A DNA stretch of 64,000 nucleotides from Hydrolagus affinis (taxonomy: Eukaryota). The first letter of the stretch is position 1. Each line of letters begins with the position of its first letter. Both the position numbers and the translations under genes were made by a program. The stretch lies in assembly GCA_012026655.1 (NCBI GenBank), contig JAAILG010000808.1, forward strand, positions 1 through 64,000, in the 5' to 3' direction. Below, piece after piece: positions 62,615-64,000 of the stretch. The notes under the pieces are model-generated. The model was not told where the DNA came from, did not search any database, and saw only the letters and a list, made by a program, of their open reading frames with translations.

Positions 62615-64000
62615 CATTTTAATGATGTGGAGTCCAATTGTCCTCAGACTGAAAAACTCTGGAGGAAAAACTATCCACATAACTCACAGGTCTGAGGGAC
62701 ATAAGTTGTTCCGTCAAGAACAGTTATTTCGCTCGATTATGGTTTCTCTCAGAATTTGTGGCAACTGTGTCAGCCGCAGATAATCAAATGTGTGGCTTCA
62801 GTTTGCATATTTCAGTAATGTTTTTACAATGATATTTAAATCTTAGTTGTTAACACTCTGCCTTGAGAGCAGCTGAAAACTCTTTACCAGAGTCAGCTAA
62901 AGACATACTGGTCCAATAGCGCAATTGCAAATGTGGTATTCAGGGACAAGAAGTTGTAACTAATGACTTGCGGATCACTTTGTCACACGGAAACTTTTTT
63001 GTTACACTCACTGCTATGGGAAAGGGGAGGGAATCAAAGAGGAGGTATCACAAATGAGTAGTGTACTGTATACCTCTGCTAGTGTACAACATCTCTGTTT
63101 GCCTCTTTTTTTTGTGAATTTTGTATCTTCAGTGCAATGGATATCGGCCCATATCACCAAGTGATTGTTGTCAACACAACAATATACTGTACTAGTAAAA
63201 GGAAATGTATATTATGTATCTATTTAAAGGATCCACACATGTGCCTAACCCAATGTACACAGATAATAAAGATTTCTGTTAATGTGCTACTTATTCAGCA
63301 AATATTTGAGGTGTGAAGCCCATACAAATACATCATTATAAAAAGCGTGGCAAATTAAAAAAACAACAAAATCGCAATTCACGCTGGGAAGAGACTTGAT
63401 TCTGAAGAGTGGGAAGTGCAATGACACAGACTGAGGTCTCAGTTAGGCGGATGACTTAGGGCAAATAAAATGCAAACCATTGCCAAATGGATACAAAACC
63501 CCTACTGTTTATAGTGCAAATACAACAGCATTGAAGATCCAGAAGCCTGAGGAAATATTCCGAAGGAAGGTGGGTAAGGGTGGGGAGGGAGGAATAACTG
63601 TAATTGTTCCGCAAGTTTCGGATTTTGGTATTTGATGAAAAGAAAGGGTGGTAAACATTAACTTCCATGAAACTCAGGCCAGTGTTCCAGCAAGAAGCCT
63701 TTCCAAACTGGCAGCAAAAATGAAAAAAATATGCAATTGAAAGTCTTGGAATGCAGGGCTACTATACTAGATACAGCAGACATTGTTCAACCACAAGCTC
63801 TCTCATCTGCCTCCAATGCAGTAGACTGACAAGTCTCTCTGAACCCTTGTAGCCTCAAGAATTCAAAACAGATTGGAGTAGGGAAACAGCCTGCAAGGCA
63901 AACTAGACAATTATTTTGTGGCTTTAGAGAAACAAGCGCTCTGTTCTTACGTCCCTAATATTTAATATTGGTTCCTTTTGAATCCCACATTGCTGCGCTA

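Noticed and set aside
106-63668. The supplied 60-129 aa ORFs as standalone genes
   Set aside because: Short, compositionally random or repeat-derived; recurring peptides such as WSPVAQWL and YIKCKDYY are translations of the SINE

Overview
This is eukaryotic, AT-rich, repeat-dense vertebrate DNA with a 100-N scaffold gap at 58520-58619. The repeat repertoire (Deu-type SINEs, LF-SINE-like relics, CR1 and L2 3' ends, Penelope-type inverted termini) points to a cartilaginous fish, possibly a chimaera; this is inference from remembered consensus sequences. None of the listed ORFs is a credible intronless gene. The window reads as the long introns of one + strand gene with small exons. The best exon is 818-907 (coiled-coil-like peptide); weaker, partly phase-compatible candidates lie at 5857, 22515, 34128 and 43127. 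I cannot name the gene. The clearest structure is in the transposons: (1) a young ~310-bp tRNA-headed SINE that looks like a tRNA + CORE-like + 3' Deu + L2-tail hybrid; (2) four junctions falling in the same ~25-bp stretch of that SINE; (3) a SINE-L2 chimera with its own target-site duplication (TSD); (4) several nested insertions and hAT/Tigger-type relics. Some repeat-free, motif-rich blocks look like conserved non-coding elements. I found no evidence of a novel protein-coding system, and repeat family names need database confirmation.
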